A stretch of 64,000 nucleotides of DNA, taken from contig CM082584.2 in assembly GCA_040954595.2 (NCBI GenBank), forward strand, positions 9,068,961 through 9,132,960, given 5' to 3'. The notes beneath the pieces are model-generated. The model was not told the DNA's origin. It did not search any database and saw only the letters and a list, made by a program, of their open reading frames with translations. Made by a program: the position numbers and the translations under genes. Within the stretch, counting starts at the first letter, position 1; every line of letters starts with the position of its first letter. The DNA comes from Balanoglossus misakiensis. Its lineage: Eukaryota; Animalia; Hemichordata. This document shows, one piece after another, positions 1 through 12,656 of this stretch.

Positions 1-57
1 AACACATCATTGATATGAAAAAACAGAATCCAATGGATGCCTCACACAATGTCTTAC

Positions 58-2806
58 CTGTAAGGCAGGCAGTGAAAAGATCGCCACAAGACACAAGTCT
101 AATTGTAACACCAGACTGCCCTTCCAGGAATCGGGCAGAAAATGTCGGAATGTGTTGTTCGAATGCCCCCGGAAGTGTGTCACTACCAACAGAGGAAGCC
201 TGGAACAATGGGGTCAAAAGTTAGGAGTAAAACACTGCACTTGTATATATATGTAGGGGCTTGTTAAAAGTGGTTGAATCTGGTTCAAACCGGTTTCAAC
301 GTACCTCCCATATGATAAGCCTGCCATTCTTGGTGACCCCTGCTTTCTGTGTTCTTCCAGTGGAGACCTGTATGACTTGAGTGTCGCTGTGTGGCAGAGG
401 CAGTTTCACTGGCGAGTTGATTCCGTTGCCCCAACAGAACACAGAGGACAGAGCTGGTGGCTTGGACAGACCGCCACTGGAATCAAGAACTATGTTGCTA
501 GCTGAGCCTAAAATGAGAGAAAAGTGTGGAAAACATATGAGAGGAAAGTCTGAACTTCTGGCATAACATATACATGTAGTTCCATCCTTGCTTTTGGAAA
601 GGGACAATGTACCGGTCAGAAGTTAACTGACCTTTATGCGAGGGTGATCTTGCACTGTTCAGTCGACCTCCTCTATGTCTGACACTGTGAGGCAGTCCCG
701 ATAATGGTCTTTGTACTCTGCAGAAACAGATAAATTGTATAAAAAATAGACATGCCAGTGTTATTTGCACAACTGTATCAAAAATTCCAGCTTCATGTTA
801 GGAAATTGTTACATGTACTTGACTTGTATATACTTACTTAGGGGCAACAGGAACTCTACCAATGTCTGTGTGTAAGTCTAACAGGGCATTGATGACAATG
901 TGTTCTGCCATAATCTGGTTGATGGTTGGTCGCTTGTTCGGGTCCAGGTGTAACATGCTGAGAATGAGCTTCCGCAAGTCCTCGCTGTAGTGGTCGGAGA
1001 TCGGCGAAAATGTGCCACGCATAATTTTAAGGACCAGTGCTGGTAAATTCTATAATAAGAAATGTAATGTTTATCATTTATGGGAGGGTGTGTTAAGCTA
1101 AAAATGGGAACATTTCACTTCATGATTTTTCAAGTGGATTCTTCTGCTTACGTGCACAGAGACACACGCATAGATGTGAGATATGAATCTTACCGCAGCT
1201 TCAAAAGCCCTCTTGAGACTGGCCAATTCGTACAAGACGCAACCCAGAGCCCATATATCACTTTTCTGATTGTAACTGACACAACAAGTCAAGGAAGTGT
1301 AATGGTTATTAATGAACTTGGCAGTGTACTGCAGTGGATGGCTTGTAAAAATCCACAGATGGCTCGATCCACCTAGAATTTTCTAAATCAAGATCAAAGA
1401 CTTAACAACAACGAAACCAAAGGATACGGTTTTCCTTCACAGAGTTCCGGTGAGATGTAACAGGGCGTACCCACAACCGTGTAGGCTTTGCTTTTACTAC
1501 TCAAGACTTTGGAGATGCCAAAGTCGCCAATCTTGACCACCGTCCTCCGCTTGTTCAGTAAAATGTTCTGAGTCTTCAAATCTCTGTGCAGGATTTGTTT
1601 GGAGTGTACGTGGTGGAGGGCAAGCAAGGTCTGGACAAACAGGCGCAGTACTTCCTAGAAGAAGAGAAGGAATATGGTCATGTGAGTGTGTGAGTGACGC
1701 TTTTGGTTTCTGGTTTTCAGTCACAGAGAGCCCCTGTCTGATCATTTTGTGTGATGTACTACTGCAATGGATCATGTTTCACATATACTACTGGTGTTGT
1801 TGTCAGTCACTCCACAAAGGACATGTGCCGAATATGTGCACAAGATAAGTTTCAGAGTCAAAGTTCAAAGGTCAAATCAAAATTCATCCTTACCTCTTCC
1901 TCTAACAGATTATCCCCTCTTTGTTGAATGTATTCAAACAAAGTCCCACCTGACACCAGAAAATTAAAAAAAAAAAGTTAAATCTTTGACCACCATTATC
2001 TTTGTTTACCTTGGATACCGAGGAAACAAAACACCTCAAGAAGATCACGCCCAACTTTCCTCCATTCAAGATATATCATGTTTCATTACAGTATGTGCGT
2101 TTCATGAAAAATGAATGACAGTATATAAATGTGCTGTCTTCAGTTGCCATGGTAACATTCATAGTTGTCATGGTTACATATGTAGTTGTCATACCAATTT
2201 AAATGAATTTGGTGGGTGCAAACTGGTACTAAATGTGATAATATGACAGAACTTTCCTTGGGCATATTCCATTACAATCATAAGTGCTTTGTCCTCCAGG
2301 AAATTTTCATAATATTCAATAATATTTGGATGATCCAACATGGACAACACTTTGACTTCATTGATGGCTGCCTGTCGTTCTTCCTTATTCATCTGTTCAA
2401 CTGGTATCTGTTTAATGATAAGTAATTTATTGTCACTCTTCTTCCGGCACAGGTGAACAGTTCTGGGGGGAAATGGAAAAAAAAATAATGACTGAAAAAT
2501 ATACATGTAGTTAGGTTCTATGAGTCTTCGTGTACATAACAGACTGAGGTCACCTAAACTATCACATGGAGATAGAGGTACTGTGATCATGGTAAGTTTG
2601 TGTATTGGTTTTTGATTCTCATACGTCTCTATGGTTGACATTTGACATGACGTCATGTGAAGGGCACGATGATCTCAGTCATAGCAGTGTGTGCGTGTTT
2701 CCGGCCCCACACTCTTAGGACCATGGTATGAAATGTACAGACTCGGACCACTGACTTACCCGTAGGCACCCCTGCCGACAACTCGAATCTTCTCGTAATT
2801 TTCCAT
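58..2806 (-). CDS. NEK8: Serine/threonine kinase NEK8 (kinase domain plus start of RCC1-like domain); 5' part only, continues past the left edge. Exons: 2806-2760, 2462-2257, 1949-1894, 1654-1428, 1275-1194, 1049-838, 717-632, 507-305, 199-58
   Basis: Spliced translation: [91 protein letters not shown], then GRTQKAGVT and [25 protein letters not shown], matching NEK8 as I recall it. Exon phases are consistent if intron 2 uses a GA donor. Confidence 0.93.
1276..1427 (-). other. U12-type (minor spliceosome) GT-AG intron in NEK8
   Basis: 5' splice site CC|GTATCCTTTG. Branch point TTCCTTGAC lies 12 nt before the intron end, with no real polypyrimidine tract. Splicing restores [13 protein letters not shown]. 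Confidence 0.9.
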
Positions 2807-3493
2807 AATTGACCTGCCACACGATGTCAACCAACACCAGACGGTTTCAAGATGAAGTTGGATCTGTCATTTCCAATAAAGTGCTACAAAAAGGTCCTGT
2901 TTTGGTGTTTGACAGGTCGATCTCACACCGATCAGTCGCCATGATCGTCCATCTTCAAGGCAAAGTTTGTTGACACAAAGGACGCCGCCACCGTTACGAA
3001 ACGCACTATCTCGACAGTACGTTTTTTGAACCATTCATACATGTATTACTTAATCGCTTACCAATGTCTATTTCACTTGTTTTGGGAAGCCTGGTACTAC
3101 CTGAAAAGTTAGTTCATCAGAGACTGTAGTCTGGATAACGAACAATGCGAGGGGACGATGGCATAAGGTCATACAGGGTTAATTAATTGCATGTACTGGA
3201 AGTCGCATATGTCTTGGTATACTACTGTAAAGATTTATCCATTTGAATTCGTTGGTGTTCCAGAGGGAAGATGATAAAGTTATGCTAATTTCTGAAGTTG
3301 AAAATTTCATGTAAATATTTCTACCAATATATAGACACCACAAAAAAGTCATGTAGCCTAATTGTTGTAAATTTTATTTTCAAATTGGCCAAAATTGGCC
3401 TACATCTTGGAATCAAAACTAAAACAATCCAAACGTCGCATACCAAATCGCACAAACAACATCTTTAATATCTTCAATATGATTTTAATCGCA

Positions 3494-4321
3494 TCAATCT
3501 TTCTTTCCACTGTCTCGTTTCGGAGCCTTCTTCTTCATGTACGTGTGGTAAAAGAAATTCCCGAATAATACGAAATAACTGATGTACATTAGTACACTAA
3601 GTCGCCACTGCCACAGACTGACGTCACATTTCTGACCCTGGTTTTGCGCTTGGTAGACATAGTAGCACAGCCACACAGCGAGACACATCTGAGATAATTG
3701 CAAGACGGTGATCACCATGGCTCCGGCACGGGGGACCCGCACACGAGCGGCTTTGAGGGCGTAGTAGGTGTACATCAGTGCGTGGATGAAGAGATTCATA
3801 ACGGTGAAGAGAAAGGCCATGCTTAACCGTCCACTGTAGCCCCACCAGACACTAAGAAGGGTCAAAACGTGGTGGTACCAGTGCAGGAATATCAAATTCG
3901 ACTTCCTCAAGACAACGAATAGCGTATCCCCGAGCTCGACAATTTTCGACATCGTGCACGCCCACAGCCAAAAGCCGCTGATCCTGGTGTTTGAATAGTT
4001 GTTTGCATCGCAGATTACCTGATTCCAGCTACCTCCATGTTGGAAAATGCTGTTCATTGCCACGAGCATTCGCCAGGCTCCGACGGCGCTGAAGGCGGCT
4101 AACATGACGTTCCAGGCAATCAGGGCGCCGCGAAGTTCGTACCTGTCCCGCGACTTCATCGAGTGGCGAGTGCCGAAAATGATGACGATGTAGATGGCGG
4201 AAGCAAGGATTGCAATCAGAACACCCTTGTCTTCCATCCACGCCACCCAATAGCGGTCATCGAAGTTCCTTTCAAAATCATACAAATCTGTATTTATATG
4301 AACTCGAGATTCACCTGCCAT
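3494..4321 (-). CDS. Very-long-chain fatty acid elongase, ELOVL6/ELOVL3-like, intronless CDS (275 aa from MAGESRV)
   Basis: KIVELGDTLFVVLRK, FLHWYHH (HXXHH), MNLFIHALMYTYY, TVLQLSQM and LFGNFF motifs; hydrophobic helices; C-terminal KKD ER-retrieval-like end. ATG at 4321 is preferred over the ORF-track start at 4363. Confidence 0.92.
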   Translation of the reverse strand: MAGESRVHINTDLYDFERNFDDRYWVAWMEDKGVLIAILASAIYIVIIFGTRHSMKSRDRYELRGALIAWNVMLAAFSAVGAWRMLVAMNSIFQHGGSWNQVICDANNYSNTRISGFWLWACTMSKIVELGDTLFVVLRKSNLIFLHWYHHVLTLLSVWWGYSGRLSMAFLFTVMNLFIHALMYTYYALKAARVRVPRAGAMVITVLQLSQMCLAVWLCYYVYQAQNQGQKCDVSLWQWRLSVLMYISYFVLFGNFFYHTYMKKKAPKRDSGKKD

Positions 4322-5704
4322 GGTTGAAATGGTTGTTATGGTAATCAAAGATAAATCATGCACAGGTGTTGGTCACAGTTGGCTGCCCAGGTATGCGCGC
4401 ATGAACGGTGTGCGTTGCGAGCATCCGGGCTCCTACTGAAGTTCAAAAGTCCCTGACCTATGTCATATATGTGGTCGTTGCGAGTTCTCGTAGTCGTAGT
4501 CGTCTTAGAGTCGCTGAAATAAGGGTGTCATTTGAGCCCGTGTATCCGCTGAGAGACAGAAAAGTTTCCCAAAGTATTAACGGAAATTTGCCCACTTTTA
4601 CTGTGTTTCAAAATGCCTGTAAGTTAAGCCTACATACGTCTTTTTTAGTGGAGAAAGAAAGCGTTTTCCGAGATCGGAGGAAAAACACATATAGGCCTTT
4701 TTTGTTAGTATTTTGGGTTCTTATCGGGTGGAAAAGTTGCCGGTGTCTGAACTTCACTTTGTTGTTTTTAAATTCCGGGATTTCAGTCCTGAGATAATCA
4801 CTGAGTGGACTGTACAACACCAACACAACACGTGCTGATATAAAGTTACCTTTCACCCATCCAAAAAGTTTGTTTCCCTCATATAGGCCCTAGTAGTTCC
4901 CCACCATTCATGGCGCAGGTCCAGTGACAGAACCTTTGGAGAAATCAATATCTCCAGCAAGTTTCATAAAATCTTCTGAAACGATTCTTCGTTTCTTGTG
5001 CTAATTGAACATCTCTCTTAAATATGCAAATTGCAATCTGGTATAGATTCTATTAAATTTATTGTAGTAATTCTATGCATAGGGCTAGGCACTATGCCAA
5101 ATCTATAGCTTTCCTGTCAAAACATGACGATTACATCATATGGCACTAAAAAGAAAACTCTGATAATGTCATTAGGCCTAATATACATGCCACGCCCACT
5201 GAATCTTATCGGTTATTGCCACTCTGAAACTGTATCTGTAGGCCTGTGTCCCCAGATTTGGTTCAAATCAAATCAAAGAATGGCCTATATAGCTAGGAGT
5301 ACGTCTTTGAGGTGAAACCTTTTCTTTGCCATTTGTCATTACGTTCGACTGCCAAACAATCCGACACGGCCAGTGCCATTCTGTATAAATCGCCTGGAGA
5401 AACGGACATGAAACAAAACCGTCTTCTCTACTTCATTTCATGTATTTTGTTTCACGTATGTATGTGCAGGGATCTGTCTTGTGTATCGTGAACTTCGAAC
5501 TTTCGGATCGCATGATTCTGTCACGTGGTCTCCGTTAAAAGACTTGATGACACAAGGGGTAATAAATTTATTTTTGTGTGTCACACGTCAACGTACCCGG
5601 CAAACCATTCGCATTCGAAGTCACGCGTGCCGCCGTGAAGGTACATTGCATGTGTACAGACTCGTACTGTAAATTGAGCAACCCTTTGCTTCGATATTTG
5701 CAAG

Positions 5705-6532
5705 ATGTCCATAAATTCATCGCACATCGCCCTTCCAAACTTGCTCTATTTCGAGAAGAATTTTGACGATGTCCACTGGGTGAAATGGATGCAAGAGACG
5801 GGCATGCCCTTCGCGTTGATTGCATCGGCCGTCTACGTCGTCGTCATCTTCAGCCTGCGGAGCTTCATGGAAAGCCGCGAGCGGAAGGAGTTCCGCACCA
5901 CACTTGTGATTTGGAACACATTTCTGGCGATTTTCAGCATCCTCGGGGCTTGGCGAATGCACACGGCGTTGCTGTTCATCCTGCGAGAAGAAGGTGGCGG
6001 TTGGCACAGGGTGTTTTGCGACAACGTGCACTTCGACGGGCAGAGAATCAGCGGATTTTGGCTGTTCGTCTTTACCTCATCCAAGCTCATGGAACTGGGC
6101 GACACCGTCTTTGTCATGTTCCGCAAATCTAAACTCATCTTCTTGCACTGGTATCACCACATATTCACCATGTGCTACTGTTGTTGGGGGTACAGCGGCC
6201 GAGCCAGCCCGGCGTTTGCCTGCACGCTCATGAACTTCACAGTGCACTCATTCATGTACACGTACTACGCCCTGCGCGCTGCCGGCTTCAAAGTTCCCCG
6301 CCAAATCGCCATGGTAATTACGACCATGCAGATCACCCAGATGGTCCTGGGTTCGTACATCTTCTATTACGTGCACAAGATGTTCACATCTGGGATCGAA
6401 TGTGGAATCAGCATACCCCATTGGCGCGTCGGCTCTCTCATGTATTTCAGTTTCCTTGTCCTCTTTGCGAATTTCTTCTTCCAAGTTTACGTCGTCAAGA
6501 AACCGAAGAAGGTGGACTCTAAGAAAGACTAA
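5705..6532 (+). CDS. Very-long-chain fatty acid elongase, ELOVL6/ELOVL3-like paralog, intronless CDS (275 aa)
   Basis: KLMELGDTVFVMFRK, FLHWYHH, MNFTVHSFMYTYY, TTMQITQM, LFANFF, ends DSKKD. AATAAA near 6953. Confidence 0.93.
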   Translation: MSINSSHIALPNLLYFEKNFDDVHWVKWMQETGMPFALIASAVYVVVIFSLRSFMESRERKEFRTTLVIWNTFLAIFSILGAWRMHTALLFILREEGGGWHRVFCDNVHFDGQRISGFWLFVFTSSKLMELGDTVFVMFRKSKLIFLHWYHHIFTMCYCCWGYSGRASPAFACTLMNFTVHSFMYTYYALRAAGFKVPRQIAMVITTMQITQMVLGSYIFYYVHKMFTSGIECGISIPHWRVGSLMYFSFLVLFANFFFQVYVVKKPKKVDSKKD

Positions 6533-7318
6533 ACTCTCAGTTACATCAGGTTTGGAATGTCAATCGAGACTCCAAACTTTTTGCAAGCACTGAATTTGAT
6601 CATGTTTCGTGCAAATTTCGCTGAACAATGGTTCATTCTGTATGCAGTATGCAGGGTTAACAGCAATCGTGTGATACTGTGACCTACTTGTCGCCTGAGC
6701 AGCTGTGAGTGTGACACTCGCTCTCCAGTCGGTCACCTGTGAAACTTGACTTTTCGACGAATGATATGAAATCTTCGCTATCCAGGGAACACAAGGACCT
6801 AGCTAAGCGGTGTCGGTGAGGTGCGGACCTCAAAGCTTCAACGTCGTTTACTGAAAACATTAAGCTTTATTATAATAACACCTTGAGATTCTTTTAACTT
6901 TTTTTCGAATATTTTGAAGTGTTATGATATGGCAATCTTGATAAAAATCGAGAATAAATGCGCTTTAACATATTCGTGATTTCTATTTATTCTCATTATT
7001 CTTTCCAGAGACAAAGTAGTAGCCCCCGAATCTAAATACATCCATGATAAATGAATGTCTCACTAAAGTTTTATAAAGTTTTGGTCTACAAAAGTATGAG
7101 TGTCCGGGGTATTTTTAACCTGCGGACTCTACAAAACCAAGAAAACATAGGATGGATTCTTTCCTGTTTCTACAAAGTCAGCGCGCAACACGAATTCGTG
7201 TTTTGCCTGCAAATGATGATGAAGGTAGATAGCTCCATCATTTGTCGGCGATTTAGACGTGACGATCGTGTAATCATGCCAGTGCAAACGTCAACGTTGG
7301 AGGCGCTTGTCAATTGAC

Positions 7319-7333
7319 CCGGAACCGGAAGTG
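7319..7333 (+). promoter_or_regulatory. Tandem ETS/GABP-like sites (CCGGAACCGGAAGTG) upstream of DNAJC21
   Basis: Motif about 100 bp upstream of the ATG in a CpG-containing region; typical of housekeeping promoters. Motif match only. Confidence 0.45.
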
Positions 7334-7432
7334 ACTTCGTTTCATCTGGCAGCGCAACATCAACAGCATGAGAAAGTCTCGAGCCGGCGACAGTTGTTGT
7401 GCAATTTTGTGTGTGTAGAGGAAGATTTGACG

Positions 7433-10400
7433 ATGCAGTGCCATTATGAAGTTCTCGGTGTATCGCTGGATGCCAGTGACGGTGATTTGAAGAAGTCTTA
7501 TAGGAAATTGGCCTTGAAATGGCACCCAGGTAATGTCTTGTACTCCGATCGTTAGCATGTACCACTGACATAATGGAGATTGTAGGGAAAATGACATGAT
7601 AAAAATGCCCTACATACTCAGTCACCGTTGTTCAATGTCTTTGTGTTTAAGATAAAAACAGGGGCAATGAAGAGGAAGCGACGGAGAAATTCCGACTTGT
7701 ACAGAAAGCATACGATGTGTTGAGTGATCCGCAGGAGAGAGCTTGGTATGATAAACACAGAGAAGTGTTGTTGAAGGGAGGTAAGACGACAACCAGCTCC
7801 TAGTCAGGAGTGACTTTATAAAATATTTGACAGTTTCCAGTGTTCTGTGATTTGTTCAGTGTTTAATTGATGTAGATTAAATTAATTAGTATATTTTGTG
7901 ATTTATTTCCAGGGTTAGATAATTATCAGGAAGATTTCATCAATGTTATGCAATATTTCAGACCATCAGCATATTCAGGATTTGAAGACAGCAAAAAGGT
8001 AACACATATAAAAAAACACACTTCTTTGATTGTATTAATTTACATGAAGTCCAGACATATTCAACCCCAATTCTATTTTTCAAATTTGGTCTATTCTTAA
8101 TTTCTGTCGACAGGGCTTTTACAATGTCTACAGAAAGGTATTCCAGACCTTAGCTGAAGAAGATATGAAGTTCATGGATCTCCAACAAAGCGGTGCATCA
8201 GACTTCCAGATTCCAGATTTTGGAAATGCTCATAGTTCGTATGAAGAGGTTAGTGAACTGAGAAATGAGAATTTACTGAGAATTTCTCCTAGTGTTGTAA
8301 TCATTCATATGAGCACTGTATTTTTATGCTGTTCAGACAGTGAGGTTGTACCAAAGCTAATACAGGGCTCTGAATTGTCTACAGGTTGTGAAGCCGTTTT
8401 ATGACTACTGGTTGAACTACTTGACACCAAAGTCGTTCGTGTGGACGGAGAAATACGACACCAGGGAAGCTGAAAACAGGAGAATATCGAAACTGATGGA
8501 AAAGGAAAACAAAAAACTGAGGGACTCGGCGAAGAAAAGTTACAATGAAGATATTAGGGTAAGTCACATGAGTAAGCATCTGACCTTTACAACTGTTGCT
8601 ATCATTATGAGTCTGTTTTGTGTAGTTTTGTCGATTATGGAAATTAATGATTGGATGAATTTCTTTTATCAGGAACTAGCAGCCTTTGTGAGGAAAAGAG
8701 ACAAAAGGGTTCAACAATATCAGGTTTGTGTCTGTCTATCTGTATATATTATTGTAGTATTTGTGTATGTGTATGTATGCTTGATTGATTGATATTGAAT
8801 AACACAATAGAGAAATGAACATGCCAGAAATCAGGGTGTTTTCTTTATTTTCAGATGCTTCAAAAAATGAAAGCTGAAGAACGACAGAAGAAGTTTGAAG
8901 AGAAACGGGAACAGGAAAAACTTGAAAAATTGAAGTGAGAAGTTACAATTTTGTTGAGATTGTTGTGTTTGATAATTCTTCGTAGGTGCTTAGACAATGT
9001 CGATTTTATGAGTAACCGACAACTTTTGTTGGCATGTCTTTCTTGAAGAATGCTTGAAGACTTTGTGGAACAAGAATGGGCGTCGTTTGCAGAATTAGAA
9101 AAGGATTTATCACACTTAGAAGCACATCTAGATGAAGAATTCGGAGCTGAAGAACAAGACAGATCAGGTCAGGGAAATAACGCCCTCTGTGCCCGCTATA
9201 TAAAATTCTTTGTTTTTATCACATGTAGAGCTGCTTTGTGCATGTGTTCAAGTAACTGTTCTATATTCGTTTTTAAAACAAAAGATGTTTTTATTTGAAC
9301 TTTCAGGTACTGAAGGAGAAGACAGTGATGAAGACAACTACTGTGATCTGTACTGTGTGGCTTGTAACAAAGCATTTACAAATGACAGAGCGTAAGTGAA
9401 TTTTGCAGTTTATCATGTACATGTACAGTCAAACCTGTGTTAGTAGCCCCTTCTATACAGTGGCTACTTTGTTTCAGTCCCAGTGCAGTTTACATGTGAC
9501 ACTAAATTTGTACTTTGCCAGCTGCTAATAAAGCTTACATCCACAGATTCGCCAACCATGAACGATCGAAGAAACACAAAAAGAATGTCGCCATTTTGAG
9601 AGAGCAGATGGAGCATGAGGAATCGGAGCAGGCAGGAAGCGATGAAGACATGGAAGAAGAAACTCAAAAAGGTGATGCAGATGATGATGATATTGTTGAT
9701 GTTGAAGATGCTCTGAATGATGAAGAAGATTTATTACAAGATTTAGTGCAAGACACACAAGATAAACCCAAATCAAAGTAAGATGGCAGTTTTGTATAAT
9801 CTTAATTTTCCAAAAAGCTTTAGCTCATCATTCTTCTTTGAATGTAAAGGACTGTCCTTATGGTGCATAATAGTGTCATCTTGATGTTAGGGAAAATATA
9901 TTGATGTTTTCAAATGTTATCTCACAGACTTTCTAAAAAACAGAAGAAAAGACGGAAACAGCAACAGCAGTTGGATGACATGTATGATGAAATTCTGGTG
10001 AGTTGGTGAAGTCTTACACTACATTTGTAAATTTGCACTGGAGACTGTTGCACCAAATGAACTTGTTTGTCAGAGTGCATACTTTAAGAACAATTGGATA
10101 AAAGAAAACTTCGAATTGTTTCGTTTGTCAGGAGGAAAACGTAGACACTGAATCCACAAAGGATGGCGGAGGGACAGAGGCCCGTGATGATGACGTGTCT
10201 GATCTTGCAGACCGCCTTTTGAAAGCAGCTGATGTAGGAGAAGATACTAATGAAGACACTACCGATGGAAAAAATGTGTTACAAGAAGAGGTCACTGAAT
10301 CAAAGTAAGAAATTTTGGATTATTGACACCACAATGATGTGCTTTAAGATCATTTGTATGGTAACTTGTATGTTTTTAATACTGACAATGACCTTGAGGT

Positions 10401-11468
10401 CAGACAAAATTTGCATATCAATTGTCTAATTACTTCTAAATACATAATTGACTCCCTAACAAACTGCAAAATGTCAATTGTTTCGGAGGGAGTACATCAT
10501 GCAGTGATTGCACCAAGACCTTGCACTTCTCTCAGCATGGTTCATTTTCGACGCTTAAAATTGCGCGTCTAATTAAAAAACTAATTGTACAGTTAATAAT
10601 GTATACTCAAAACCTCCAACTTAATTTTGGAGACATTGTTAGTCAATGACACGTAAATATTACATTAAACACAATTGGAACTATTTTGAGATAATTGCAT
10701 GGAAAGAAACTGTGTAAAATGTCAGCTTTATGAAATACTTGAAATATCAGTGTGGGTATTGAGATGATTAAATCATCAGCTTGTGTCCTTGTGAAGATTT
10801 AAGTACCAGTTATTCAGGTTTGCTGTTCTTTAAATTCTTCAGGTCTGTGAAAACAAAACAGAAAAAAGGCAAAGATAAAGGTCGAGGAGCAGAAAAACCC
10901 AACACACAAACAGGTCACATGACACAGGTATGTACACATCAAAAATGTGTTATTGAACATGAATGCTAAAAGAAGGCTTTGATTTCAAAGGAAGAAAGAA
11001 AAATCATCAAATAAATGTTCTTTTTTCTTAACTGTTAAGTCTTCAAAATAACCACATAAAATTACAAGCCTAAAATAAGCTGTATTGTTATCAATGTCAT
11101 GTATGTCCCAGCGTGTGTAATTCTGGTAGCAATTTGTTTTTTCAAGGGCATTGTTAGATAAGAAAGCAATACTAAAAACATTTAACATAATTACAGTAGT
11201 TTCCTTTTAATTGTGATTTATCAGAATTTGGAAAAAAATTGCCTGTGTCTTAATATGAATTTACATTTTGTGTTGTTTTCTTTTTGAACAGGGCGGATCT
11301 ATTGACCAGCCATCAACTATATGTAATATTTGTAAGGGAGAGTTTTCATCCAGAAATAAATTGTTTGATCACATCAAGAAAACAGGACATGCAGTGCGTA
11401 TTGAGCCAGGCTCTGCAAAGACTCTAACAAATGAAACCAAAAGTAAAAAGAAAGGAAAGAAAAGGTGA
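7433..11468 (+). CDS. DNAJC21: DnaJ homolog subfamily C member 21 (~563 aa). Exons: 7433-7529, 7652-7780, 7913-7998, 8114-8248, 8385-8558, 8673-8723, 8855-8934, 9049-9167, 9307-9391, 9547-9777, 9928-9997, 10132-10304, 10843-10927, 11292-11468
   Basis: [21 protein letters not shown]-domain; [16 protein letters not shown]; [18 protein letters not shown]; zinc finger [20 protein letters not shown]; acidic linker; second zinc finger [24 protein letters not shown]. All introns are GT-AG and the total length of 1692 nt is in frame. Confidence 0.94.
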
Positions 11469-12597
11469 TCGCGGGGAAAGTGATTAATAATCTCGTCACT
11501 TGATGATTTTAATAGTTTGACAATTTTCGAATGTTGGCATATGTGTGAATCCATTTCAACTTTTGTGTTGTATTTTGGAATGACGGATTAAATCCAGACT
11601 AGATAATAAAATAAAGCCACTCTGTCCATTACAAACTGTCTCTCTGTGGTCTCTTACCTTCACCACGTAGTTAGAAAAAGATACCTTGTGTCCACATGTT
11701 GAGATGACTGATAAACTTGTTGCTAGTGAAGTCAGAATACATTAGGGAAGTTTCTTTTCAACAATATAAAGTTTCAGGATCCCTGATCTCCCATCAACTA
11801 TTTCCAAAACACTGAGGCGCCCCCCACCCCCACCCCCACGAAAATGACCATTCCCTATAGCACTGGATTTGTTTAAATAAGACTTGAGAACAGTATCTGT
11901 GAAATCTTGAATTTTCTTATACACTGGACATATAGCTTCAGAAACCTTAACTTAATTTAAACTTATATTTTCAATGGATTTGTTTTGAATGAAAGATTTA
12001 CTATACAGAGAGAAATTATCGGTACCTGACAAAACGTTAATCTATTTAACCCACCCAATCAAAATGGTTCGTCCCTTTCATTATGGCACCGTCTTCGGGT
12101 GGAAAGCGAGGGATGTCGAAGATTACCGAACCTTATGCTACTATACTCTCTACTGGACATGCGCACATTTCTGTTAAAAACAACACTGCAACACTTGCAC
12201 TGCGACTTGTGAATGAATAGGAAGGAGGGTGAGTTTCTCTAACAACGTACAAAATTTAATTTCCTCTCTCATCTTCGGGTTAATATTCATAACATATCAT
12301 TCATTGCTGTATCGTCGCGTTAGCGGAGATACTGTGGGGTTTGGGGTCAGCGATCTGCAATATCTGATAAAAAATGTGTTGTTTGTTTTGCTTGCCGCCC
12401 GACCAACAGTACATGTACCAGCTGCTGCATGCGCGCAGCTTGTGTGATGTCAGTGTTGATGTCCAATAATGCAACGAAGTTTATTCTGTTGTATGTTGTT
12501 TGCTTAAAAGGCACAGTTTTTAATCATTCGTTCCAATTCTGTGTGTTTCTTTCACACCTGATAGAGATAAAGTTTTATCGCCATGACCTTGGCGATT

Positions 12598-12656
12598 GTA
12601 CATCATCTGCAACATGCATCTTGTACGTTACATCATCAGCAACATGCATCTTGTAG
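12598..12656. repeat. Short ~31-bp direct tandem duplication (TACATCATC(T/A)GCAACATGCATCTTGTA) x2
   Basis: Two near-identical copies seen directly. Confidence 0.7.

Noticed and set aside
611-631. NEK8 exon 7 extended to the CG|GTACAT donor
   Set aside because: It gives the wrong phase and a stop in the next exon; the G|GTCAGT donor at 631 keeps the frame.
3624-6522. Several 70-116 aa ORFs overlapping the ELOVL genes in other frames or strands
   Set aside because: Expected shadow ORFs of GC-rich coding sequence; no recognisable motifs.
3494-6532. Horizontal or bacterial origin of the intronless GC-rich genes
   Set aside because: ELOVL/GNS1-SUR4 is a eukaryotic family and the motifs look like animal ELOVL6; retroposition or intron loss is simpler.
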